Assembly: GCA_950097015.1 (NCBI GenBank)
Contig: CATNEN010000038.1
Coordinates: 5,332,001-5,396,000 of the forward strand
Reading direction: 5' to 3'
Origin: Macrostomum hystrix
Lineage: Eukaryota > Animalia > Platyhelminthes
Length of the DNA stretch: 64,000 bases
The notes below the pieces were generated by a model. That model ran no database searches. It was given only the letters and a program-made list of their open reading frames with translations, and had not been told where the DNA came from. Both the position numbers and the translations under genes were made by a program. Shown here piece by piece: positions 50,728 through 63,343 of the stretch (within the stretch, counting starts at the first letter, position 1; each line of letters starts with the position of its first letter).

Positions 50728-53700
50728 TTAGCTGGCGATAGACTTTACTGTCATATGAGCGAACATGCCAATGAGATTGTCCAAGCCAGTAAGGTAGCCG
50801 TCCTCGTGGTTGCCCTGCAGCCATTCGTCGGTGTGGCTAAGCGGTCCGCCAGGCGCCAAGCGGGTCTTGCCGAAGTCGATCATCCACACGGATGCATGGC
50901 CTGGGGTCTGGTCGTGGACAAACAGCAGCGAGGAGCCAATGAACTGGAAAGTAAGAGATGTAAAGGAGAGAGTAAGTAAGAGAGAAAGTAAGGGAAAAAT
51001 GGAACTGAGGATCAGAGAGCAAAAAAATGAGGATCCGGGATTAATGAAACAGCATCTGAGATAATTGTGACTGAGGATGTGACAGGATCAATGAAAATGA
51101 GGATCTGACAGGATCAATGAAGCTGAGGATCTGACAGGATCAATGAAGCTGAGGATCTGACAGGATCAATGAAGCTGAGGATCTGACAGGATCAATGAAG
51201 CTGAGGATCTGACAGGATCAATGAAGCTGAGGATCTGACAGGATCAATGAAGCTGAGGATCTGACAGGATCAATGAAGCTGAGGATCTGACAGGATCAAT
51301 GAAGCTGAGGATCTGACAGGATCAATGAAGCTGAGGATCTGACAGGATCAATGAAGCTGAGGATCTGACAGGATCAATGAAGCTGAGGATCTGACAGGAT
51401 CAATGAAGCTGAGGATCTGACAGGATCAATGAAGCTGAGGATCTGACAGGATCAATGAAGCTGAGGATCTGACAGGATCAATGAAGCTGAGGATCTGACA
51501 GGATCAATGAAGCTGAGGATCTGACAGGATCAATGAAGCTGAGGATCTGACAGGATCAATGAAGCTGAGGATCTGACAGGATCAATTATATCAATTAAAA
51601 TGAGGATCTGGGATCAAGGAGATTAAGGAGACGGAATTAGTTAAAATGAGGAACTTGTATCAGACCTCTCTCTGAGCGAAGATTTCAGACTTGGCCAAAG
51701 CTTGGCGCAGTCGACGCAGCCTAGTCAGGTAGGCGTCGCGCAAGTCACCGCGGCCCTCCACGAATCCGGCCAGAGTGTCAGCCACCTCAGGTCGGTTTCT
51801 CAAGCGCTTCAGGTCCACATGAGGAGGCCGGTCGGCGGCCAACTGCTGCAGGCCGTCAATGCGGAAGGCCAGGGTGGCTGTGGAGGACAACTGCTCGCGC
51901 CACATCATGTAGCGGGGCTTAGCCACGCCGCAGGCTTCCAGCTCCTCGGTCGTTGGCGCTGACGGGTCCACCTCCACCATCTTGTCGTAGAGATCCCGTC
52001 TCGGCTTGGGATCGCCTGTGGGTAGTGGCGTGACGGATAAAGGTGAGATTTTGAAGGACAATGACACAGAGAAATAGATGGGATTTTAAAGGACAGTGAG
52101 ACAGATAAAAGTAGGATTTTAAGGGACAATGAGAAATTGTTAAATTGGCCTACCCTCTAGCTCGGACTCCAGGTAGGTCCTCGAGCCCATCTTGCAGTCC
52201 ATGAGGCCAGTGCAGCCGGGGAAGTCGGCAAGTAGGTCCTGCATCTCCAGACAGTCCGTGCCGTCATCAAGCCGGACGGTGCCAAAGTAGCGGGGAACGA
52301 ATTCGCTCAGCTGAGCATCAGCGGCGAGCAGTTTCAGGCAGTCAGCCTCGCATTGGCAGAGCACTTTGAGCACAGTGCCAGGACGAAGGCCGGGTCGGAA
52401 ATTCTCCCGATGTCCGGAAAGCTGAACCCAGGGATAGAGCTCCTGACCTCCGGCGGGGGTGTCTGCTCGCTGGACAAACGGTGCACTGAGGGCCGGGGCG
52501 CTGTGCAACTGCTTCCATGACTCCAGCGCCTGCGGGTTGGGATGAGCGATCCTGAGGAATCAGTGGATGGGATGAGGAATCCTGAGGAATCAGTGGATGG
52601 AATGAGGGATCCTGAGGAATCAGTGGATGGGACGAGGAATCCTGAGGAATCAGAGGATGGGATGAGGAATCCTGAGGAATCAGTGGATGGGAGGAGGAAT
52701 CCTGAGGAATCAGTGGATGGGAGGAGGAATCCTGAGGAATCAGTGGATGGGATGAGGAATCCTGAGGAATCAGTGGATGGGACGAGGAATCCTGAGGAAT
52801 CAGTGGATGGGATGAGGAATCCTGAGGAATCAGTGGATGGGATGAGGAATCCTGAGGAATCAGAGGATGGGATGAGGAATCCTGAGGAATCAGTGGATGG
52901 GAGGAGGAATCCTGAGGAATCAGTGGATGGGATGAGGAATCCTGAGGAATCAGTGGATGGGATGAGGAATCCTGAGGAATCAGTGGATGGGATGAAGAAT
53001 CCTGAGGAATCAGTGGATGGGATGAGGAATCCTGAGGAATCAGTGGATGGGATGAGGAATCCTGAGGAATCAGTGGATGGGATGAGGAATCCTGAGGAAT
53101 CAGTGGATGGGATGAGGAATCCTGAGGAATCAGAGGATGGGATGAGGAATCCTGAGGAATCAGTGGACGGGATGAGGAATCCTGAGGAATCAGTGGATGG
53201 GATGAGGAATCCTGAGGAATCAGTGGATGGGATGAGGAATCCTGAGGAATCAGTGGATGGGATGAGGAATCCTGAGGAATCAGAGGATGGGATGAGGAAT
53301 CCTGAGGAATCAGAGGATGGGATGAGGGATCCTGAGGAATCAGTGGATGGGATGAGGAATCCTGAGGAATCAGTGGATGGGATGAGGAATCCTGAGGAAT
53401 CAGTGGATGGGATGAGGGATCCTGAGGAATCAGTGGATGGGATGAGGAATCCTGAGGAATCAGTGGATGGGATGAGGAATCCTGAGGAATCAGTGGATGG
53501 GATGAGGAATCCTGAGGAATCAGTGGATGGGATGAAGAATCCTGAGGAATCAGTGGATGGGATGAGGAATCCTGAGGAATCAGTGGATGGGACGAGGAAT
53601 CCTGAGGAATCAGTGGATGGGATGAGGAATCCTGAGGAATCAGTGGATGGGATGAGGAATCCTGAGGAATCAGTGGATGGGATGAGGAATCCTGAGGAAT

Positions 53701-54588
53701 CAGTGGATGGGAGGAGGAATCCTGAGGAATCAGTGGATGGGATGAGGAATCCTGAGGAATCAGTGGATGGGATGAGGAATCCTGAGGAATCAGTGGATGG
53801 GATGAGGAATCCTGAGGAATCAGTGGATGGGATGAGGAATCCTGAGGAATCAGTGGATGGGATGAGGAATCCTGAGGAATCAGTGGATGGGATGAGGAAT
53901 CCTGAGGAATCAGTGGATGGGATGAGGAATCCTGAGGAATCAGTGGATGGGATGAGGAATCCTGAGGAATCAGTGGATGGGATGAGGAATCCTGAGGAAT
54001 CAGTGGATGGGATGAGGAATCCTGAGGAATCAGTGGATGGGATGAGGAATCCTGAGGAATCAGTGGATGGGATGAGGAATCCTGAGGAATCAGTGGACGG
54101 GATGAGGAATCCTGAGGAATCAGTGGATGGGATGAGGAATCCTGAGGAATCAGTGGATGGGATGAGGAATCCTGATGAATCAGTGGATGGGATGAGGAAT
54201 CCTGAGGAATCAGTGGATGGGATGAGGAATCCTGAGGAATCAGTTGATGGGATGAGGAATCCTGAGGAATCAGTGGACGGGATGAGGAATCCTGAGGAAT
54301 CAGTGGATGGGATGAGGAATCCTGAAGAATAGGTGTATGGATTAGAGATTCTGAAGACTCAGTGATGAAGCCATATTGAAGTAATAGAAGATTAGAAGCA
54401 CTTACCTCAGCCTCAGTCAAGCCAGACTCAATCAGTGCAGCTAGCTGATCGACTGGTGGCAGATTAGCAATAGGCTTACGTGATTCATTTACATTGTTGC
54501 CACTTTCAGAATGCAGCTTTTCTGGATTGCTAGTATCCACACCATTTTTAGCAACATCTCCATTTAGATTTACAGTGATTGATGTCAT
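50728..54588 (-). CDS. ITPK: Inositol-1,4,5-trisphosphate 3-kinase; exons 54588-54406, 52529-52154, 52015-51666, 50943-50728
   Basis: [72 protein letters not shown]; junctions in frame. Symbol is family-level (ITPKA/B/C). Confidence 0.93.
51073..51585. repeat. 26-bp minisatellite (tgaggatctgacaggatcaatgaagc) in IP3K intron 3
   Basis: Near-perfect tandem copies. Confidence 0.97.
52540..54330. repeat. 30-bp minisatellite (cagtggatgggatgaggaatcctgaggaat), ~60 copies, in IP3K intron 1
   Basis: Direct periodicity. Confidence 0.98.
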
Positions 54589-56614
54589 TATTAACTCATG
54601 TACAATAAGAAGGATGATATTAATAGTTCAGAAACCTGAAAAAAATTAGAGCTAACTAGTTATATTAATTGTTAAAACTGTTTAAATTCTGCTACAAAAG
54701 TGACATTATAATCTATACAATAGTGTGAGTAAAATGAGGCAAGGCTAGGCTTATGAGTCCTAAGCAAACTTTCTTACATATAATATAATAGTGCTATTTT
54801 TATGTTCAACTATTTTTACATTCTTGCTGTATGCTATTATTTTCCATTTCAACTTCTCTTAGAAAGAACTAAATTTTACTAAATGTTTGTTTTAATGTAC
54901 TGAATTGTTTTGATCATGTTCCTCACCCACCCTAATTATTAATATAAATACAATTAGGCTATGACCTCTAAGAGTTAACTTTTGGTTACAGCAACTGAGT
55001 AAAAAATATGCAGTCAGTTAGACTTTTAATACTTGTGTTTATTCAGAAATATTGGATGAGTCATTTAATTATATTGAGCCTTTTAGCTATTGGGAGTGAA
55101 GAAATAGGTAAAGTTGCATTGGACTGGACAGAGGAAACAAATGGAGCTTCTGTGTGAAGAATAGGCCTAGACACAAAGCCAATAATGGATATTTAATAAT
55201 ATTTCTGTTTGATTGGGGAAACCTCCAATCTACCAGAAGCCTGAAAGGACTAGGCCTAGTATATATTGAGGTCAACTAAAAAATTTATATTGGCATTATA
55301 TTGCAATTAATTCAGTAAGTTTGAGTATTTGAAAGTGTCTTACCAGTTGGGCACTTATAATTCACTACAACAATAATTGAATAAATACCATTAACAGTTT
55401 TTCACTTACATAGGGGCCTATAATTGGGTAAATTAAAAAAATAATGACACTAGGCCTAATGTTGACTGATAATCATAATTATATTCCAGTTGCTGAAATA
55501 TGTAATTTATATCATAAGAAAAATAGCCCTATTGATGTAGACAACCTCTACCTAGTAGTCATGTTTCATAGAAAGTTACTAGTAACAAATAGTTTGTTTT
55601 AAATAATAGGGCCTACTTTGTTTAAATGAATGGAATAAATGGTTTGCCATATAAATTATTTTATTTCAATAAATTCAACATCAAGTAAGAAAAGTATAAA
55701 TAGGCCCTACACAGGAAAGGAGAGACAAAAAATCAATTTTGTTTAATACAAAGTTTGAATACAATACCAAGAAGTATACAATACCAAGAACCAAGCTTTC
55801 CTGGCTCTGGCTGTGTTCACCATGATGACAGGTAAGTCAATTAATGACTAGGCTACATCGCTACATTCTCTGCAATAAGGCAGGTCCTGGAACATCGAGG
55901 CTGGAAGTCTGCGTCATAGACTTCGAAGCAGCTATGCGCATATATTAATGCGTTAGTTAGAGGAGAGCATCGAAGAAATGTTTTAAACAGACGTTTAAAT
56001 TGATAATTAAAAAACATAAAAAATTCCAGTAGTAAACCCGCCATGCGTTATATTTGCAAGAATATTTATGAAAATTAACAAAAAGCAAATACGTAAACAA
56101 TAAAAAAAAATATATATATAAGAAAATTTGTTAAATACAACAAAAAGTTACGTAATGTTCGTGGATTTACTTTACTGTACAACAACACTGAACAAGTTGT
56201 AACCAAGGCCCACTAGGAGTAGAAGGACGGGAAACAGTGCTTCTTAGAAAAAAAATGAAGGCTGGTTTTCACGAAAAATGCACTACGGAGATAGGAAATT
56301 TTCACATTTTTGAGATTTAAATGGTGACAGCTAGCTTTTGATTGGAAGCAGATACAGTATTGTTCTTTTGATAGCTTGCCTAACATGTTGCTCTTCCGAG
56401 AGTTATTGAGTTTAGTGCATTACAATTTGATCCTCATGCAAAACAAACTGGATGAAAATCGGTTCCGCCATACAACATCGAAGTTCGTGTTAGTTGCAAC
56501 TATATTATAGTTGTGAGTGCAGTAGTTGTGAGTATTACTATTGCAACTCTGCGCCCCCTTAAAGCTGCATGGAAATATATCTGTGCAATTACGAACGTTT
56601 TTCAGTCTGTCAAA

Positions 56615-56830
56615 CAATGCTACCCTTCCGATAAATCATACTACCCCCCCTTCATGCTTCATGCGATAATAATCCATATCGAAAAGTTATATACTGCCCC
56701 ATCGATAAACCAGGCTATATACCCCTCGACAATACCTGCTACCCCTCGACAATCCATGCTACCCTTCGACAATACATGCTACCCCCTCAATAAATCATTC
56801 TGCCCTTTTGAAAACATGTGCCATACCCTT
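56615..56830. repeat. Degenerate ~22-bp tandem repeat (atgctacccctcgacaat)
   Basis: Recurrent ctaccc..cga.aa motif. Confidence 0.55.
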
Positions 56831-57883
56831 AAAGTAATACGTTATGCCCTGGAAATCTCATTAAATTCTTTCTCCTGTTAATCTCATGCTATCTCTTTAA
56901 GAAATCATGATATTCCCTAGATATCTAGATGCTTTTCTCGACAAATTCCAAGCAATTTACGTGATATCTCATGCGTACTATCCATTGATATCTAACGCTA
57001 TATTCTTTAGTTTCATATGTCCCTTCGAAATTTTTTGGTTTCAGAAAAAAAAAAAATAATGATTGCCGCCCCTAATTTAAAAGCAAAAAAGCAAAAAAGC
57101 AAAATCGATTTGCCTATAGCTAAGATTAAAACACTATATAGTATTTTCTCCTAGTTTTGAATCTAATACGAGCTAGCTAACGATTGTAGCAATGCTCAAA
57201 ACACTTGTCTTTCGCTTTGAAAATAGGTAAAAAGGTATGTAATGCTCGAACTGTCTTCATTTAGTTTTGAATGGAATAACTTGAAGCAATGCTCGAAGAA
57301 ATGTTAAAACAAAAGAAGAATAACGAAGAATAACGCTTTTAGCTATGCTTAACATACTTTTTCTAGTTCTGAATCTGATAAGGCTTGCTAGCTGTGCTTA
57401 AAAATATTTCCTTCGTTTTTGTATCGAATAACAATTTCGGATACACTCGAAAAAATCTATATTCTGTTCTCACAGTGGGAAAAGTAAGAAGAGTAATAAT
57501 TATGCCAACTAATATTTGCTCAGCAGAGACCAAAATCACTATCGCCAAGTACAAATTCACATGTGGGTGCGAAAAGCAGTGACGCAATTCCATTCGATTG
57601 GTATAGTATCAGCTAGGCCCTTCTGCTCTTGTAACACACGCGCGGGAGAGAAAAGCACAGATGCAGTCATTTAAAATTGGCAGTATCGGACCCAATTCTA
57701 AAGATGGTAAATAAGTCCTTAAAAATATAGCCGAAAAGAACTGCCTTTTCGAATATTTAATGCCCTTAAAATGAAGAAACGTCTTAGAAAAAATTACTTC
57801 TGACAGCGTGCCATCCATGCACAACCAAAAAATAAACAGGATGAAATAGGTTCAGCTATACTGCAGTTAGATCGAAGCTCGTA

Positions 57884-58135
57884 TAGGTAGGTAGTAGGTA
57901 GGTAGGTAGGTAGGTAGGTAGGTAGGTAGGTAGGTAGGTAGGTAGGTAGGTAGGTAGGTAGGTAGGTAGGTAGGTAGGTAGGTAGGTAGGTAGGTAGGTA
58001 GGTAGGTAGGTAGGTAGGTAGGTAGGTAGGTAGGTAGGTAGGTAGGTAGGTAGGTAGGTAGGTAGGTAGGTAGGTAGGTAGGTAGGTAGGTAGGTAGGTA
58101 GGTAGGTAGGTAGGTAGGTAGGTAGGTAGGTAGGT
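57884..58135. repeat. (TAGG)n microsatellite
   Basis: About 60 copies. Confidence 0.98.
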
Positions 58136-58147
58136 CAAACTACGAAC

Positions 58148-58373
58148 CTCCACCGGACAGCCCTCCACTGGACAGCCCTCCACCGGACAGCCCTCCACTG
58201 GACAGCCCTCCACCGGACAGCCCTCCACTGGACAGCCCTCCACTGGACAGCCCTCCACTGGACAGCCCTCCACTGGACAGCCCTCCACCGGACAGCCCTC
58301 CACTGGACAGCCCTCCACTGGACAGCCCTCCACTGGACAGCCCTCCACTGGACAACCCTCCACTGGACAACCC
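58148..58373. repeat. 15-bp minisatellite (ccctccactggacag)
   Basis: Direct periodicity. Confidence 0.96.
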
Positions 58374-58717
58374 TTTCAAACTAGATCTTCATTTATTTAT
58401 TCATTTTAATTTCATTAAAAAAACGACAAAGTATTTGCTTAAATGATTTGATTGGATAGCAGATAACAGTTACTAAGTCGAACATTTATGCAAATTGAAA
58501 CTCAAACAGACTAAACATATAAAATATTAACCGCGGCTTAAATCTGAATTTTAATCTGTCCGACGGTCAATACTCGAAAAAATAGAATGGAGAAATGAAA
58601 AGGCTAATGCAAACACCTCACTCATGCATCATGCTATAGTTAGTGAGGAATGATATGGCAGTGTATCGCAAAGCACAATCAAGATGAACCCAGTTAAGCA
58701 GATTTCAGTTGGGACTG

Positions 58718-60410
58718 TCACAGTGTCAGGTCCAGACTGTACTGCAGCACTGACCGCCACAGCCGGTGCCAGACCACCTCCAGGAACTCGTTGTGATCAG
58801 CCACCAGGAAGATGTAGTCCAGAATCTTTTCGGAGGCCATGCTGGGCAGCTGGCCGGTGTAACTGTGCCCCGCCCAGAAGGCTGCGAGAGGCACTTTGGC
58901 GGCCGAGGCAAGTACGCCAGTGACATAGACATCGTCAATCCAGAAGAACTTGCTAAACAATGAGCACAGGTACAGGCTCGGCAGGTGAGAGGTTCGCAAA
59001 GCATAGCCGAAGCCTTCACAGTAGGCTGGGTAGCGGGCGGGTGCGAACTCGGCGCGGTTGACGGCCCACTTGGCCTTCGGACCTCGCTTCAATCTCTGCG
59101 GCTTGGCGCCGCGCGTGTTGGAACAGTAGAACCCTTCAGGCGGACTGTGCTGCAGGAATGCCACCAGGTGTACCACATCTGTGAATGTGTCATCGTCTAC
59201 TTTCACCAGGTACTGAGCAGACTGGCAGTGCCCAATCATCCATTCGTAGATGCTCAGGTGCTTCAACGACATGTTGCGATAGTGCTCCATGTAGTCCAGC
59301 TGGATATAAGGGTCGAAGAATTTCTGATTTTGGAGTGATTCTATTGCACTTCGGAGTGATTCTTTCACAGTTTTCTTTAACAGTTTTAGTGATTCTCTAA
59401 CAGTTTACAAATTAAAAGAAAATAGTTTTTGAAGGATGAGAGGTCGGGAGTTCGAATCTCAGCCTAAATTAATTTATTTGTTTCCCTGGGTAGAAAATTA
59501 GGTTGTTATGGCGGCCTCCCTAGTCCCCGGACTGAGCAATTGCGGTGCAAAATAGCTGCGGGTAACAGGTCACTGGCTGTAGAGCTGGTCCGACGAGGTC
59601 TATGTGCATTTTCTATTCATCTATCCAAATAAGCGAGACTTTATTGGTACAACTGGCCTAGCAAAGTCCTGGCTGACTGACCTGCACAATGTCCCTATAG
59701 CGACGACTCTCGGCATCAATGTCCGCCTGTAGTGACTCGTTGTCCGGCCGGGCCAGGAAGAACACGAGCTGGAGCCGGCTGGCCCCGACGTAACGCAGTG
59801 AGCCCCAGGTGCGCCGGATGGTGGCTCGCCGGTTGGCATTCTTGGCGTTGCTGTGTACGGCCGTTAGCAGGAACAGCTGGCCAGTGCACAGGTCCGGCTC
59901 GTTGTGTACGTAGGCAAAGTTCTGCACGTGCCGGAGATTCATTGGTTGCCCATCCTGTAGGGAGCAGGCCCTGGCGCGGTCGACGAGGCTGCTGACCCCA
60001 GGGCCAGTGGCGGCAGCGATTCTGTTCAGCAGAGCCAGTTTCGAGTTTAGGGCCTTCATTTGCCTGCCTTTGAAATGCTGGCGACTGACTTCACCGACTT
60101 TTCGAATGAATTCAGCCACCGCTGGATGCTGCTGCTGCTGAGCCAAAGGAGCTTGGCTCGACTGAACAGGTGCAACTGCCGTCTCTATCGCAGCTGCTGC
60201 AATCACCGAATCCTGACGCATCGGCGGGATGGCTGCCGAGACCGAAGATGTAAAGACTATAGAAGCGATAAGGCAAACGATAGTAGCCAGCAGCACGAGG
60301 AGCGCCATCAATCGACCCAAGCGTCTGGTCGGAGCTAGTATGAAGCAAACTCCACCACAGCAGCAGCTGGCCAGCAGGCGTTTGAACAGCAGCGGCCTCC
60401 TCAGCACCAT
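58718..60410 (-). CDS. Beta-1,3-galactosyltransferase-like (GT31); exons 60410-59682, 59299-58718
   Basis: Type II TM anchor; LLTAVHS, RRATIRRTWG, ESRRYRDIVQ|LDYMEHYRNMSLK, VKVDDD, YPAYCEGFGY, WIDDVYVTG. Confidence 0.92.
59435..59610 (+). mobile_element. tRNA-derived SINE remnant, family B, in the GT31 intron
   Basis: B-box GAGTTCGAATC; similarity to the minus-strand copy at 2660-2900. Confidence 0.45.
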
Positions 60411-61653
60411 GCGTCAATGGCTGCCGCTGCGGCTTCTAGGCGATGATGAAGCTGGTGATGATCGAGTAGGATTGTATTCAGCTGCCACATTCCATTTGCT
60501 TGTCTTCAAAGTTTAGAGGAAAAAACGCTACACAGAGCAGAGCGAAAGGGCGGCAACTGGAGGCTTTGGGGAAGATTCTGACGGGTGGGGCTGCGCGAGA
60601 GCGGGGAAATATTAGTTGGCCTCCCTCTCTCAGCCTTTCCCCTTCAAGCCTGTCTCTCACGGCACGGGCAGTGCAAGGCGCTGACCAATGTACAGCTTCT
60701 CCGGAGGGAACTGGAGAGAGAAATATGCCACCCGCGGCAGTGTACAGGGCTGGCCAAGTCAGCTAAAGTCAGCAGCCAATGACAGAAGAGGACAGAGGAG
60801 CAGACACTGGGAAGACTGTGAACGCGAGACAGCTTGCCAAAGTTGATAAAGAGGAAAACAGGAAAATTTAGCTTATTCTCACTACGCCGATGTGAGTACT
60901 GAGTAGATGAGAACTGGCCTTCGCAACACAGGTGGCAAATGAACTGCGTGGCTTACCTTGAAGTTGTCTATTTAAGAATTATCGGCTTCGGATGTGTCGG
61001 AATGCAAAGGTGTCGCTATGTAAGAACTAGGAAATGAACACTGCGGTAATAAATATGCGCTCATCTAAATAGACCAGGCTGCATCAGTGTCTGTGGCTGC
61101 ACTTGCGCCTAAAATTATTGGCACACGCACGCACGCACGCACAAGCAAGTGAGACCCTGCGTCCCTCCTGTGATATTTGAAACTTTCAAGTCTGCTAAAT
61201 AATTATATATAGTTATGCAGAAGCTTTACCATAGCTAAGTGTGTGGGCGCTTCGCATGTATTGCAGGGTGCGCTGAAATGCAAGGCAATTTTGTAAGCCT
61301 TGCAAGTGAAAATGCCAATTGGTGGTTATACCGCTTACTGTGTGTGCGTATTTGAAACATTTTCGAATGACTGCTATAAATAAATAAAGCACAGTCACAG
61401 CTTTGGTCTATGGCCTGAATCTCAAAAGTTCACACCAAAGCTCCCTTAAGTCTTTACGGTAAATAATTTATTGTATCAGTCACTTGAACTATGCGAAAAA
61501 AATCTATACGAGGCGCGGGGAAGACAGTTTTGTCTATGGCTTTGAGGGCGGAAATGATTTCCAACCCGAAAATCGATAGATAGAATCAGAGACGTATATA
61601 TTTTTTATACTGATATATATATATATTTCTATAAACTGATTAGTATATATAGG

Positions 61654-61842
61654 TTAATTTTTGCTGTCTTGCCCTCCACGCATGCGAAACCTGGATTGGT
61701 GATCATCGTAAGCCAGATCGAAGTCAAAGTTAATGCGCTCTTTAAATGTACGCGGCCGTTTGTTGATTGGCATAGACGCATCAGAATCCTCATCGGACGA
61801 CTCATTGTAGAAATGGATGCCACGGGTTTGAGACAAAGGCAA
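61654..61842 (-). pseudogene. Possible N-terminal fragment of a PIF/Harbinger-type transposase
   Basis: Acidic patch then KRPRTFKERINF...DDHQSRFRM resembles HARBI-like N-termini; truncated, no TIR found. Confidence 0.3.
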
Positions 61843-63164
61843 TTTACAAGTCTGCTAGTCACTTGTTAACTACTTGTAACTTATCAAGCGTCCATGCAAC
61901 GGAAATCACGATTTACTTGTCACTTGTCACACTTGTAGCCGCTTTAAGTGTTCTATGCAACGACCCCCAGGCAGTGCACTCCATCACTGTGCCCTGGAAT
62001 TGCTGTGCTGGAACGCCGTCCAGTGCGGGGACTTGGGGAGGACGCAATACTAACAAGCCAATTTCTAACCCGGGTAAATTCTTTTGCGAAATGTACACAA
62101 GCATGCCTATCTAGCAATGGGTAAACTAAAGCTGTGAGCGCTTGGGAAAAAACTTGCAAAAAATATTGGATAGGACAAAACTGGCTTATCTTTCGCTTCC
62201 TTCGCAATCAACTATCGTATTGACACTGCTCCGGATAAGACAATTCAAGGCGAGAAGGGGTGGCAAGAATTGCAACAAAACAATTTTAGCAGTTTTTTGT
62301 TCGCTATTCTACATTATGTGGTCCTCTATAGAAGGCCTGCTACTAGTTTTTTAGTGCTTTGCATCTGGTTCCTTAGCGAACTCGCTGAACGAAAGATTAC
62401 GTTTTTTCTCAGCCACTTTAGAATAAGGCCCACACGAAGAGTGATAAAGAGGATTTTACAGAACAACTCAATTCTAAAGCTGTAAAGAATGTTGCAATGT
62501 CTAACCAAATTGGATATTAAGGAAAAGTTGATACTAAAAAATGCATAGTCTAGCAATCCTAATAATCAATATTATTATTCAATTATTAGTACTACTAAAT
62601 GTAACGAATTGCTCTTTTGCCCTCTGGCAAAGAATTAAATGTCGCCAATTTATGAAGACTCAATATGAGCAGAGTCAACGCTGAATAAATATTGGAGTAG
62701 CGAACTCACTGGACAAACAATTATAAAATTGAGGAGTCCGTTAGATTGAAAATAAAAAGTTTGTTATATTATTTAATTATACTTTCATACATACATATAT
62801 GTTTAGCAATGTTGCAGATAAATATGAGTTATGGCACTAGTTCATTATAGGTTGTTAAATGTTCAGAATAGAGTGAATATAAGAATTAGAAATGCAGTTC
62901 GTTACCTAAAATATTGATAACAAAATAGAGCAAGATTTACTACGAAAAGATGAAAAGATTTGCTGAAAATTACGATAGCAGATCGCAGTAAAGTTCTGGA
63001 TATAAATAAACAAGCAGAATGACAGCAAAGCACGTATGAATCAAGCAAAACAAATGCGCCGGTGTGAATGTTAAGAGTAGTATATTCCTATAGATATGCT
63101 TCGGTGTGAATATACATATACAGACCAAAACTTTACAGCTCAGCAAAGCAGATGACTACATAGA

Positions 63165-63303
63165 GGCATAGTCTAGCAATCCAACGCATAGTGTTGCAAT
63201 CCAACGAATATTCTAGCAATCCAACGTAGAGTCTTGCAATCCTAATGCATAGTCTAGCAATCCTAATGCATAGTCTAGCAATCCTAATGCATAGTCTAGC
63301 AAT
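63165..63303. repeat. 21-bp tandem repeat (gcatagtctagcaatcctaat); a solo copy lies at ~62542
   Basis: Direct periodicity. Confidence 0.85.
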
Positions 63304-63343
63304 TGTAACGTCTATCCTCGCTACCCAAGCGATCCCGAAGCTT

